From positions 32,001-96,000 of the forward strand of contig CAVVMW010000010.1 of NCBI GenBank assembly GCA_963749495.1: a stretch of 64,000 nt of DNA. Reading direction: 5' to 3'. How positions within the stretch are numbered: the first letter of the stretch is position 1; the number at the start of each line of letters is the position of its first letter. The position numbers and the translations under genes were made by a program. Below, in pieces: positions 42,785 to 53,250 of this stretch. This DNA comes from an uncultured bacterium (lineage in GTDB: Bacteria; Verrucomicrobiota; Verrucomicrobiia; Limisphaerales; UBA8199). Under the pieces are notes generated by a model, which worked only from the letters and a program-made list of their open reading frames with translations, had not been told where the DNA came from and did no database searches.

Positions 42785-44416
42785 TCACTTTATCTGCAGT
42801 TCCAATTTATCTCGTTCCAACGTTGAGCCCTCGTTCAGCGCGAGTTGGGCCAGGGCCTGATTGTATTGGGCCATGGCGGTCAGCTCGTTCAAACGGGCGG
42901 TGGTGAGGTTGCGCTGGAGCTGCACCACGACAAAACTTGTGGTACGCCCGTTGTCCAAGAGCCTCTGTTGCGCCTCGAGCGCCAGCTCGGCGAAGAGGCG
43001 CGACTGCCTGGTCGCATCCACCTGGGCGAACCGGGTTTTGGCCTGTTCGACAGACACTCCAATCTGGACCATGATGTTCTGTTCAAGTTGCTTCAGTTGC
43101 ACCATCTGTTGCGCTAACTGGGCCTTGTTCGCGCGATAAGTTTCACGCGCGGCGCGGTTCCCGATCAATGGCAACGTCAGTTGCGCGCCGAAGCTCCAGG
43201 AGGGACTGGTCCCGGCCTGCACGCCCGAAAGAGCGGTGCCATAGGTCAGGCCGGAGCCGGCTTGACCGTAGCTGCCGACCAGGTCGAGTTCAGGATAGAT
43301 CTGGTTGCGGAGATATTTCAATACAACGCCCTGCTGCTCGATTCTAAGCTTCGCCTCCAAATAATCGGGTCTCTGTGACAGTCCTCGCCGCCAGCTCTCG
43401 TAGAGGTTAAAATCTTGCGGCCCCACCGCGAGCTTTTCCGTGGGTTCAATGCGGACGCCATCCCAATCCGAGAATTTGTCGCTCAACAGGCTCTTCAGAG
43501 CGTATTCCTGCGCGAGCAACGTTCCCTGGGCGCCGAGGAGGTCGGCCTGGCTGCCGGAAAGCTGCGATTCGGCTTGCTTCTCATCGAAGGGAGCCATGGA
43601 GCCGGCGTGGACTTTGCTCTTGCTCTCGTTCACCAGACGTTGGGCCAGTCGAAAGGCCTGCTCCTGCACAGTGACCTGCTCCTGGGCGAGGATCACGTTA
43701 AAATAGGCCAGTTCGACACTGGTGAGTGTGCTCATGATCTGCTGTCTCAGGGCCAATTCGGTGATTTTGAGCTGCTTTTTATCGACCAGGATTGCTTCGC
43801 GCGCGCGGTCGATCCAGGCATTCCTGAGCAGCGGTTGGAGCAGGTTGACGGAAGCGGCCGCGCTGTCACTCATGAGCGAGCCGGACGGTCCGGTGCCGCT
43901 GATTCCATTTACTGTTCCGCCGAAGTTATATGACAATCCGGTCGGCAACAGGCCGTTCAGCCCTGTGTTGAAGGCGTCCCCATAAGTTGTGGTCCCGCTG
44001 TAAGGCCGCTTTTCCGCGTCGAGACCCCCGGGGGTCTCGCTGAAACTGCGGACGCCCGATAGCCCCAGGGTCGGCTCGTAAACCCCATAATCCGCGCTCA
44101 GGAAGTGTCGTTGGATTTCCGGGGTGTAGCGGGCGATCTTCACATCGAAATTATGTTCCAAGGCGATGCGAAAACAGTCCGGCAACGACAGAGGCCGAAC
44201 CACCCCGTTTGTTGGCCCCGCCAGCGTCGTCATGGCCCAAAGGAACAAGAGGGCGACTGGGCAGCGGCGGGCCACGGGCAAGGCCAAAGCCCGCAAAAAG
44301 GAGCGGCAGGGGTAGGGCCTCAGTGAAGGCGGGAGTGGCACCCCGGCCGGCCCCTCACCCCAACCCTCTCCCCATCGGATGGGGAGAGGGCGACTTCTGC
44401 GCAGCGGCTCGAGCAA
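42785..44416 (-). CDS. TolC-family outer membrane efflux protein (start uncertain; REP hairpin in the 5' region)
   Basis: LSLPDCFRIALEHN, LLQPLLRN, VELAYFNV, QRPDY, YPELDLVGSY, GRTTSFVVVQLQ. Confidence 0.85.
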   Translation of the reverse strand: MLEPLRRSRPLPIRWGEGWGEGPAGVPLPPSLRPYPCRSFLRALALPVARRCPVALLFLWAMTTLAGPTNGVVRPLSLPDCFRIALEHNFDVKIARYTPEIQRHFLSADYGVYEPTLGLSGVRSFSETPGGLDAEKRPYSGTTTYGDAFNTGLNGLLPTGLSYNFGGTVNGISGTGPSGSLMSDSAAASVNLLQPLLRNAWIDRAREAILVDKKQLKITELALRQQIMSTLTSVELAYFNVILAQEQVTVQEQAFRLAQRLVNESKSKVHAGSMAPFDEKQAESQLSGSQADLLGAQGTLLAQEYALKSLLSDKFSDWDGVRIEPTEKLAVGPQDFNLYESWRRGLSQRPDYLEAKLRIEQQGVVLKYLRNQIYPELDLVGSYGQAGSGLTYGTALSGVQAGTSPSWSFGAQLTLPLIGNRAARETYRANKAQLAQQMVQLKQLEQNIMVQIGVSVEQAKTRFAQVDATRQSRLFAELALEAQQRLLDNGRTTSFVVVQLQRNLTTARLNELTAMAQYNQALAQLALNEGSTLERDKLELQIK

Positions 44417-44496
44417 CCAGCGACGGTTGGAAGTTCAAGAGACTGCCGATGCTCCTCCCTCTCCCCTTCAGAAGGGGAGAGGGCTGGGGTGAGGGG
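44351..44496. repeat. CCCTCACCC-family REP-like inverted pair
   Basis: cccctcaccccaaccctctcccc..ggggagaggg and ccctctcccc..ggggagagggctggggtgagggg. Confidence 0.7.
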
Positions 44497-44663
44497 TCCG
44501 CCGGGGGCTCCGCCTCCGTCCTCAATGACCTGGCACCGCCAGGAACCCGATGGACCCGGCAAGGGGCTGCGAGGCAGCACCGCTCCACCACTTCGGCCTG
44601 GTTGGCACGGCTCGCTCATGCGCTGAGAATGGATTGGTTTAATCACGGTTCCCCGGCCTGTTC

Positions 44664-45378
44664 TCACCCGCGGGATCCCTGGGTGTCCGGAGCGGCTCCG
44701 GGCTCTTGGACGATGCGACCATCAAAGAGGTGGATGATGCGCTGGGCATGGCGCTCGAAACGGGGGTCGTGCGTGACCATGCAGATGGTCGCGCCTTCGC
44801 GGTGCAGTTCCCGGAGCAGTTGCATGACGGCCTCGCCGTTCTTCGAATCCAGGTTGCCGGTCGGCTCGTCGGCCAGCAGGATGGCCGGCGGCGGCCAGGG
44901 CGCGCGCCACGGCCACGCGTTGCTGCTGGCCACCCGAAAGCTGGGAAGGGTAATGCTTCGTGCGGTGAGACATCTGGACCTTTTCGAGCGCCTCCTGGAC
45001 GCGTCCTTTGCGTTCGGCGCCGGTCATGCCCCGATAGGTGAGCGGCAGCTCGACGTTCTCGAACACGGTCAGGTCGCCGATGAGATTGAAGCTCTGGAAG
45101 ATGAAGCCGACCTCCCGGTTGCGAATGCGGGCGCGCTGGGCGAAGTCGAGGTTGGCCACGGGTTGGTCGTTGAGCCTGTAGCTGCCGGCGGTGGGCGAGT
45201 CCAAGAGGCCCAGGATGGAGAGAAGCGTGGACTTGCCGCACCCCGAAGGCCCGGCAATGCACACGTATTCGCCTCGGTTGATCTCCAGGCTGATCTCCGC
45301 CAGCGCGTGCGTCTCCACCTCGTCGGTCAGGAACACCTTCTGGACCTCGGCCAGTTGGATCAAGATTGTGTTGGTCAT
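44664..45378 (-). pseudogene. MacB/LolD-like ABC ATP-binding protein, frameshift near 44890
   Basis: GPSGCGKST and LSGGQQQRVAVARAL are in one frame; ILLADEPTGNLD..VTHD is in another. Confidence 0.88.
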
Positions 45379-45407
45379 GGTTTTAGTCAGTTGGCTACTA
45401 TCCTAGT

Positions 45408-46691
45408 TCAATTCAGCCTTACTCGTTCAAATGCGTCCCATTGCGACATGTCGGAGAGGATGACCTGGTCGCCAACCTGCAATCCATCGCGGACCTCGAT
45501 CGTGGTGACCGAGCTGCGGCCCAGCCCGACCTGCACCCGCACCGCGCCCCGGCCGTTATCCACCACTTTGAAGAGGCCCACCCGGCTCTCCGGCTGGCCC
45601 TGCACGGGCCGGCCGACGTGCATCACGTTCTGCAGCCGCTCCAGCTCGATGGTCCCATCCACGTTCAGATCCGGCCGGGCCCCTTTGGGCGGCGGCGCGT
45701 CCAATGCCACATCCACCGTGACGGTTCCATTCTCGGATGCGGGGTCGATGCGGACGACGTGGCCCGGGACCACTCCATTGCGGGTGTCGATTTGCGCCAA
45801 TTGGTTGAAAGTGATGTCCTTCACCTGCGTTTCCGGGAGCTTGAGCACCGCCTTGAGCTTGGCCTGATTGGCGACGCGCGCCACGATGGCACCCGCCGCC
45901 AGTTGCTGTCCTGTCTGCAATGGGGTGGTCTGAGTCAGGTCGCCATACCTTTGCAACACCCCCTCCATGCCCGCGCGAATTTTGAGCGCATTGACCAAGC
46001 GGCGCTTGAGGGCAAGCTGAGCGCGCAGTTGAGCCAGGCTGGCCGCTTTGACGGCGATTTGGGCGGCCGCGGCGTCGTCCTGGATCCGCAGTCTTTCCTT
46101 CTCGATGTTGAAGAGCTCGGCCAGCTCCTTCATCTTCGCCTCGGATTGTTTCAAGGTCAGAGCGGGAACCAGTCCGCCTTTGGACAGATCCTCGTTGACG
46201 TTGAACTCCAATTTCGCCGTGTTGTAACTCGATCCCGCGCTCGCCACCGTGGATTGTTGCGACAGTTTCTGCGTTGCGACGGTGACGTGCAGGTTGGTCA
46301 TCTCGGCCTCGGCGCCAGCGAGGGCCCACTCGGCGTCGAAGGCCGCCTGCACGACGTTGGGATTACTCAACTCGACCAGCACGGTGTCGGCCTTGACGGG
46401 AGAACCGGGCAGGACCAGGACGCGTTCAACCCGCCCGGCGTTGATGGTGGTGATCCAGCGAATTTCTTCCGGAACCAGTGTGCCATTGCCCCGCACCTCC
46501 CGCGTGAAATCCCCGCGCTTGACCGTGTCTATCAAGAGCGAGCCTTTCTCCACCGACGGTGCCGCCGGCTTCAACCGCGCCAGGCCCGCGGTGATGAGCG
46601 AGATGACAGCCACGCCGGCCAGCAGAAAAAACATCCGCCGCCGTCTTATCTTGCGGGCCTGGTCTGGGCGAGGAATGTCCATAGCCGTCAT
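45408..46691 (-). CDS. Efflux periplasmic adaptor (MacA/HlyD-like MFP)
   Basis: MDIPRP..TM; VRGNGTLVPEEIRWI; coiled coil; GLQVGDQVILSD. Confidence 0.9.
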   Translation of the reverse strand: MTAMDIPRPDQARKIRRRRMFFLLAGVAVISLITAGLARLKPAAPSVEKGSLLIDTVKRGDFTREVRGNGTLVPEEIRWITTINAGRVERVLVLPGSPVKADTVLVELSNPNVVQAAFDAEWALAGAEAEMTNLHVTVATQKLSQQSTVASAGSSYNTAKLEFNVNEDLSKGGLVPALTLKQSEAKMKELAELFNIEKERLRIQDDAAAAQIAVKAASLAQLRAQLALKRRLVNALKIRAGMEGVLQRYGDLTQTTPLQTGQQLAAGAIVARVANQAKLKAVLKLPETQVKDITFNQLAQIDTRNGVVPGHVVRIDPASENGTVTVDVALDAPPPKGARPDLNVDGTIELERLQNVMHVGRPVQGQPESRVGLFKVVDNGRGAVRVQVGLGRSSVTTIEVRDGLQVGDQVILSDMSQWDAFERVRLN

Positions 46692-46711
46692 TGGTCGTCA
46701 CTCGTCACGTT

Positions 46712-47404
46712 TCACTTGTCACTCTTTTCCATCCACCCGTCCTTGAGCCGGATGATCCGCTGGCCGCAGGCGGCCCAGGCCTCGTTGTGGGTCACCTGGA
46801 CGATGGTCGTGCCTTCCCGATTAAGTCTCTTGAACAACTCCATAATCTCGCGGCCCTGGTCGGTGTGCAGATTGCCGGTGGGTTCGTCGGCCAGGATCAG
46901 CTTGGGGCTGGCGATAAGCGCGCGCGCTACGGCCACCAATTGCTGCTGGCCGCCGGAGAGTTGGCTGGGATAGAGGTCCTTCTTGGCCACGATGCTGAAG
47001 CGGTCCAGGACATCCGCCACCAGCGCCTGCCGTTCCGATTTCGGAATGTTCCGGTATGAAAGCGGGATGTCCAGGTTCTCCGCCACCGTAAGGTCATCGA
47101 GCAAGTGGAATTGCTGGAAGACGAAGCCGACGAAGCGCTTGTTGAGCACGGCCCGCTCCTTGGCGTTGAGCCGGTGCACCGGGTATTCGAGGAACTGAAA
47201 CTCGCCTTCCCAGGAGTGGTCATACATTCCCAGGATGCCCAGCAAGGTGGACTTTCCGGCGCCCGACGGCCCCATGATGGTGACGAACTCGCCTTCGGCA
47301 ATATCCAGCGTGATCTGCCGCAAGACGTAGGTGAAACCGGCCTTGGTCCTAAAGCACTTCTCAATGCCTCGTAATCGGATCATAGGCGTCCCGGAACTAC
47401 TCAT
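46712..47404 (-). CDS. ABC transporter ATP-binding protein (start 47404 or 47383)
   Basis: GPSGAGKST, LSGGQQQ, ILADEPTGNL, VTH. Confidence 0.92.
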   Translation of the reverse strand: MSSSGTPMIRLRGIEKCFRTKAGFTYVLRQITLDIAEGEFVTIMGPSGAGKSTLLGILGMYDHSWEGEFQFLEYPVHRLNAKERAVLNKRFVGFVFQQFHLLDDLTVAENLDIPLSYRNIPKSERQALVADVLDRFSIVAKKDLYPSQLSGGQQQLVAVARALIASPKLILADEPTGNLHTDQGREIMELFKRLNREGTTIVQVTHNEAWAACGQRIIRLKDGWMEKSDK

Positions 47405-50048
47405 ATCTGAGCGCTGCCATCGGATCGGTGTTCGTGGCCCGGCGGGCCGGGACGTAGGAGGCCAGTACGGCCACGAACAGGAGCAACAACCCAGCGGCGC
47501 CAAGGCTTGGCGGGTCCAGGGGGCTCACGTGATAAAGGAAGGCTCGAACCCCATGGCTAATCGCCACCAGGACGGGCACGGCCAGGACCCCGCCGAGCAA
47601 GGCCAGCGTCAGCCCTTGCCGCAAGATCATCAGCAACACGTCGCGCCTCTGCGCCCCTAGCGCCATGCGAATGCCGATCTCCTGCGTCCGGCGGTTGGCG
47701 GTGTAGGCCAGCACCCCGTAGAGCCCGACCGCTGCCAAAGCGAGGCCCAGCAGACCGAGAGCGACTGCCATTGTTGTGAGAAATCTCTCCGTGCCTAAGG
47801 CGGTGTCGATGCAAGCATCCATGGAACTGAGATCAGCGCGGTTCGGCTTGATGCCCGCGGCCCGCAGTTGGCTGCGGACAGGGCCGGCCAGAGAGGCCAC
47901 ACCTTTCGCACTATCGATGAGGAAAACTATTTCCCAGGAATAACGCTGTCCGAACGGCAGGTACAGGTAGGGCTCGGGTTCCTCTTGGATGCTGTCCAGC
48001 TTGCTGTCGCGGACCACGCCGACGATCTGGACCGGCTGGTTTGTCGGGCCCTCCAACCGCAGCGATTGGCCGACGGGATCCTCGCCAGGCCAAAAGCTCT
48101 TGGCCATGGTTTCGTTGATGACCATGACCCGGGGGTTCGCCATGTCATCGCGGTCGGTAAGGCCGCGGCCCCGCAGAACGCGGATGCCCAGCACGGTGAA
48201 GTAATCTCCATCCACGATGTTGAACTTGACGGCCCGGCCAGCCTGCGCCGCCGAGGTGCTGCCATGCGGCGGGAAAGCCTGGAGCGAGGCGCCGGTGCCG
48301 CTCGGCCAGAATGGCAAGACCCGGGCCACACTCGCCCGCTTTACCCCAGGCAAGGCCAGCAGGCGCTCTTTGAGTTGACGGCAGAATAACCGTCCAGCCT
48401 CCTCCTTGCCCTCTAAATTGAGATGGGCCAGAACGATCGGCTTCCGTTCAAAGCCAAAATCCGCTGCGTAGCACGCAGCGAGGCTCCTCGCCAGAAGCGC
48501 AGCCAGGCAGACGAGCACCAGGGCTACGCACGTCTGGCCCACCACCAATCCACTGAGAACCGAGCGACTGCGTCCCGAGAAGCCCAGAGAGGGATCGCCT
48601 TTGAGCGCCGGGCACACGGCTTGCCGGGTGGCGCGGAACGCGGGCGCAAGTCCGAACAGGAAAACCGTGAGAATCGACAGAGCAAGGGTGAAAGCGACGA
48701 CACGGCCATCGAACCGAACCGCCAGGCCGAGAATGGCGGCCTCATCGGCCCGCAACAATGCTGGAAAGGCCGCGATGATCCACTTGGCCACCACCAGGCT
48801 CACGGCCGCAGCCATCAACGCCAGCACGAGGCTCTCGGCCAACAACTGGCGGACCAACCGCCAACGGCCTCCGCCCAGGGCCACCCTCACGGCCATTTCC
48901 CGGGAGCGGACTTCGGCTCGAGCCAGCAAAAGGCTCAAGACGTTGGCGCAGGCCAGCAGCAGCACAGTCCCGACAACCGCCAGCAGCATCAAACTCATAC
49001 TCCCAGTCTGCTGGAACTGGAGCCGCTTCTCAGTGCAAACCGCGGCGCCCAGCGGCGCGCCTGAAGCAACATCCCGCAGGTCCAGCCGACGAAAGATGGT
49101 TTGAGCCTCGGCCTGAACTTGCCCTATTTCGCTCCCCGGTTTCAGGCGAGCGATCACCGTCAAGTACCGAGCCCCTCGTGACTTGTCCATTCCTCCCCCG
49201 CAGGCCTCCTCCGGATACCAGACCTCCGCCGGATTGAGCCGTTCCAGGCCGTTGAAGCCCGCAGGAGCGATGCCCAGGACCACAACACTACTTCCCGAAA
49301 GCCCCGAAAGCTCAATTGCCTTGCCGACAAGGTCTGTTTCCCCTGCGAAACGTCGCTGCCAAAGCCGGTGGCTCAGCACCACCCCCCGTGTATTCCTCAG
49401 GTCAGGACCGTCCGCCTCCGAAAAGAACCGGCCCCGGAAGGGGCGAATCCCCAAGACGGAGAAGAAGTTCCTGGAGACAACGTTGGCCCTCAGGTCCTCC
49501 TCTTCTTCAGCGCCCGTGAGCACCACTCCGTGGCGGTCATTGAAGGCCAGGCCTGAAACAGACCGCATTTGAGCAACCAAGTCCAGGTAGTCCGGAAGTG
49601 AGAGGTCCGTACGCGACGCTGCCGAACTGGTGGCGAAGATGTGCACAACCCGCGCAGGCTCGGCGAACGGCATGGGACGAAGCCATATCCCGTTAACAAA
49701 GCTGAAAATAGCGCAGCTTAGGGTGATGCCGAAGGCCAGGGACAACACGGCAGTGCTGGTGAAGGCGGGATTCTTGCGCAGTTGCCGGACGCCAAAGCGC
49801 ACGTCTTGCACCAGATCCTCGAGCCAGCCAAGGCCCCGCTGCTCGCGGCAGGCCTCCTGGATCGATTCCTTCCAGCCGAATTGGCGCATCGCCGCGAGGC
49901 GGGCTCCCTCGGGGCTTAGTCCCGCCTCCATGTTGGCCCGCGTCCGCAACTCGATGTGCGCCCGCATCTCCTCGTCCATCTCGGCGTCGAGCTTTCGCTT
50001 CTGAAACAGCGCGCGAACAGTGTTTCGGATCTTCCGCCAGGTGTTCAT
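47397..50048 (-). CDS. ADOP-type ABC permease
   Basis: DEEMRAH prefix; REMAVRVALGG; QEIGIRMALGA; PARRATNTDPMAALRYE. Confidence 0.92.
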   Translation of the reverse strand: MNTWRKIRNTVRALFQKRKLDAEMDEEMRAHIELRTRANMEAGLSPEGARLAAMRQFGWKESIQEACREQRGLGWLEDLVQDVRFGVRQLRKNPAFTSTAVLSLAFGITLSCAIFSFVNGIWLRPMPFAEPARVVHIFATSSAASRTDLSLPDYLDLVAQMRSVSGLAFNDRHGVVLTGAEEEEDLRANVVSRNFFSVLGIRPFRGRFFSEADGPDLRNTRGVVLSHRLWQRRFAGETDLVGKAIELSGLSGSSVVVLGIAPAGFNGLERLNPAEVWYPEEACGGGMDKSRGARYLTVIARLKPGSEIGQVQAEAQTIFRRLDLRDVASGAPLGAAVCTEKRLQFQQTGSMSLMLLAVVGTVLLLACANVLSLLLARAEVRSREMAVRVALGGGRWRLVRQLLAESLVLALMAAAVSLVVAKWIIAAFPALLRADEAAILGLAVRFDGRVVAFTLALSILTVFLFGLAPAFRATRQAVCPALKGDPSLGFSGRSRSVLSGLVVGQTCVALVLVCLAALLARSLAACYAADFGFERKPIVLAHLNLEGKEEAGRLFCRQLKERLLALPGVKRASVARVLPFWPSGTGASLQAFPPHGSTSAAQAGRAVKFNIVDGDYFTVLGIRVLRGRGLTDRDDMANPRVMVINETMAKSFWPGEDPVGQSLRLEGPTNQPVQIVGVVRDSKLDSIQEEPEPYLYLPFGQRYSWEIVFLIDSAKGVASLAGPVRSQLRAAGIKPNRADLSSMDACIDTALGTERFLTTMAVALGLLGLALAAVGLYGVLAYTANRRTQEIGIRMALGAQRRDVLLMILRQGLTLALLGGVLAVPVLVAISHGVRAFLYHVSPLDPPSLGAAGLLLLFVAVLASYVPARRATNTDPMAALRYE

Positions 50049-50055
50049 ACGGACC

Positions 50056-50382
50056 TCACGCGGATTGCATGATTTGGCGAATCGCCAGGCACAGGCGGTC
50101 CCAGCCCTGGTTTTCCACCTCCAGTTGCTTTCGACCCGCCTTGGTCAGCGTGTAGTACTTGGCCCGGCGGTTGTTCTCGGATTGGCCCCATTCGGATTCG
50201 ATCCAGCCGCGATCCTGCAGCCGGTAAAGCGCCGGGTAGAGCGAGCCCTCGCCCACGCTCAGGACATCGTCCGAGAGCCGCTGGATGCGCTCGGCGATGC
50301 CAAACCCGTGCAGGGGGCCGCTGTTGAGGACCTTCAAAATCAGCATATCCAACGTTCCCTGGAGAAGTTCAATTTTTTGCAT
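50056..50382 (-). CDS. PadR family regulator
   Basis: [34 protein letters not shown]. Confidence 0.93.
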   Translation of the reverse strand: MQKIELLQGTLDMLILKVLNSGPLHGFGIAERIQRLSDDVLSVGEGSLYPALYRLQDRGWIESEWGQSENNRRAKYYTLTKAGRKQLEVENQGWDRLCLAIRQIMQSA

Positions 50383-50397
50383 AAGCGCCAAAAAGAT

Positions 50398-50455
50398 TCT
50401 TTACATCGAATGTCGGGGGAAGAATTACCGGCTTTCCCATCGGATGTCAAGGGAG
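50398..50455 (-). promoter_or_regulatory. Promoter with two imperfect PadR operator palindromes
   Basis: Minus strand TTGACA-17-TAATTC; acatcgaatgtcggg and cccatcggatgtcaaggg. Confidence 0.6.
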
Positions 50456-50491
50456 AACTGCTTCGGTTGGTGGATCATGGTTCCTCGGCTC

Positions 50492-53214
50492 TCATTCGCT
50501 TCTTAATGTGGACATCGGGTCAACCCTGGTGGCTCGAATGGCGGGCAGCAGGCAGGCCAGGAGCGCAACAGCAAGCAGCAGCAAAGCCACGGCCGCAAAG
50601 ACGGCGGGGTCTGTTGGATTGACCTCATAAAGCTGACTCCGCAGAAGCCGCGTCATCCAAAACGCCAGCACGAGTCCGACAACTACCCCGATGACGGCCA
50701 GGCGCCCGCCTTCGGCCAGCACCAGGGCCATCACCTGGCGGCGTTGCGCTCCTAAAGCCATGCGAATGCCGATTTCGCGGGTGCGCCTGGCGACCGAGTA
50801 GGCCAGCACTCCATAAATCCCGAGCGCCGACAGCGACAAACCGACTCCGGCGAAGATCACCAGGTAGAGCATATAGGTGCGCTGGGCTTCCGTCCGGTCG
50901 TAAAGCGTTTGGCGCACGACCTCGAACCAGGGCGTCGTCATGGAGGTCTCCACCGCCTTCATGGTGTCACGGATAGCCGGAATGAGCTTTCGGGGATCCG
51001 CCTGGGTGCGGACGACAAAGAAGGGGCCGAAGCCGCCACTCACAACCTGCTCCTGGTAAGGGCGATAGAAGGTCGGATCCACCTTGGCATCGAAGCGCCT
51101 CCTCACCTCGGCCGCATCGCCGACGACGCCCACGACTTCATACACCCTGCGGCCGTCATCAGAGAACCGCTTCCCGAGGGCGTTTCCTCCCGGCCAGCAC
51201 AACCGCGCCATGGACTGGTTCACGATGACCGTTCCAACCTTGTCACCGACGTCGGTTTTCTCGAAATAGCGTCCCGCCAGGAGCGGGATACGCATCGCGC
51301 GGAAGAGGTCGCTCCGGCCCACGCCGCTCCCGGCGCGCAGGAGCCCAATCGGCTTTTCCTGCCCCTCGATTTTGTACCCGGGGCTAAACTGACTGATCTT
51401 GCTGATCCCGACGGCCTTCACGCCGGGCAGCGCGGCAAACCGGTCGTGCCACTCCTCGAAGAGAGCCACGTGCACCGGCGATAGATACGACGCGTGGTAT
51501 TTTTCGCCCCGGAGCAGTCCCGGTGCACGAAGAGAAGTTTCTCAGGGTCGAAGCCCGGGTTCACGCTCAGAATGCGAATGACGCTCTCGATCATCAGCCC
51601 GGCACCGGCCAGCAACAGCAACGAGAGGGCGACTTCCGCCACGACCAGGGCGCCGCGATACCGGCGCCAGCCCGCGCTGATGGTCATGCCCATCCCGGTT
51701 TGCTTGAGCGCCGCCCCCACCGAGGCGCGGCTCGCGTGCCAGGCTGGAACAAGTCCGAACAGGACCGCCGTGCCGAGGGCCAGGATAAGGGTCGCAGCGA
51801 GCGCGTGCCCATCCACTTGGATGGCCTTTAAACGGGGGACCGACTGCGGAATGAGCGAGACCAGGATTTTCATTCCGCTGAACATCACCGCCAATCCGCC
51901 AACTCCGCCCGCTCCGGCCAGGAGCAAACTCTCCGTCAGGAGTTGGCGCAACAGGCGGCCTCGGCCCGCGCCCACGGCGGCGCGAATGGCCAGTTCGTGC
52001 TGGCGCTTTTCGGTCCGGGCCAGCATCAGGTTGCCCACGTTCACGCAGACGATGAGCAGGACGAAGCCGATCGCCGCGAGCAGTCCCCAGAGGGTCTGTT
52101 GCAGGTCCTTGGCGCCATAGGGCGCCTGGGTGAATGCGTTGGCTAATGACCGGGTCAAGAGAGCGAAGCCTCCCCCGCGCCGCCGCCACGAATTGTCATA
52201 AATGGCGGGAAACTCCTGTAATAATTGTCGTGCCACCATGTCGAGCATCGCCTGGGCCTGTGCAAGGGTGACACCGGGTCTCAGACGCGCAAACATGCGG
52301 TTGTTGGCCAGTTCGACATCTCGCGGAGGCGGAGTCTCTGCGGGGACCCAGAATATCGGGTAAGCTCCTGCCGGAAATTGGAAGTGCGGTGGCATGACCC
52401 CAATCACCGTAAAGTGCCGTCCGCTCGCTCCGAAAGTCCGGCCCAGGACAGCCGCATCCCCGCCGAAACGCGACTGCCAGAGCAAATAGCTCAAGACCAT
52501 GACGCAGTCTCTCTCCGGTTCTCCATCCTCGTTCAGACGGACCGCCTCGTCTTTGCCAAAGGTGCGGCCCAGCAACGGCTTGATGTTCCACAGCGCGAAG
52601 AAGTTCGCCGAGACTGCAGCGCCGATGAATTCGTCAATAAAGTCCGCGGTCGTTCTCTCGATCGAGAAGCTGCTGTACCAAACGACGTCGGAGAAGAACT
52701 CGCGTCGTGTCTTCAGGATTTCGATGGCAGGTGAGGTCAGACCTCCAAAACGGGGCTCGTCCTTGTTCCCATGGCTGCGTTCGCCGATCTGGATCAGCCG
52801 GGCCGGTTCCGGTCCGGGAACAGGATGAAAAAGGACGGTGTCGAGGACACTGAAAACGGCGGTGCTGGCGCCGATGCCAAGCGCCAGCGTGAGAGCAACG
52901 ACAGCGGTGAACCCCGGGTTCTTCCGCAACAGCCGGCCCGCGTAGCGCACGTCCTGGGCGAGGTGTTCCAGCCAGACTAACCCCCGCTGCTCCCGGCACG
53001 TCTCCTTGATGGACTCTACGCGCCCGAACCGCCGCAAGGCCGCGCGGCGCGCCTCCCCGGGCTCCATCCCCGCCTGGAGGTTCTCCTGTGTTTGCATCTC
53101 GACGTGCGCGCGCATCTCTTCGTCCATTTCCCCATCCAGCCGCTCCTTTTGAAAGAGCGCCCGAAAACGAGCGCGCACATTCCGCAGCCAGTTGATGGGT
53201 TCTGGTTTTTTCAT
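50492..53214 (-). pseudogene. ADOP-type ABC permease, frameshift near 51515
   Basis: ORFs 51418-53214 and 50492-51475 together give the full architecture, ending PAIRATRVDPMSTLRSE. Confidence 0.88.
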
Positions 53215-53250
53215 GGCTGAGTCGTTTGTTGATAAGAGGGCCGCATTTCC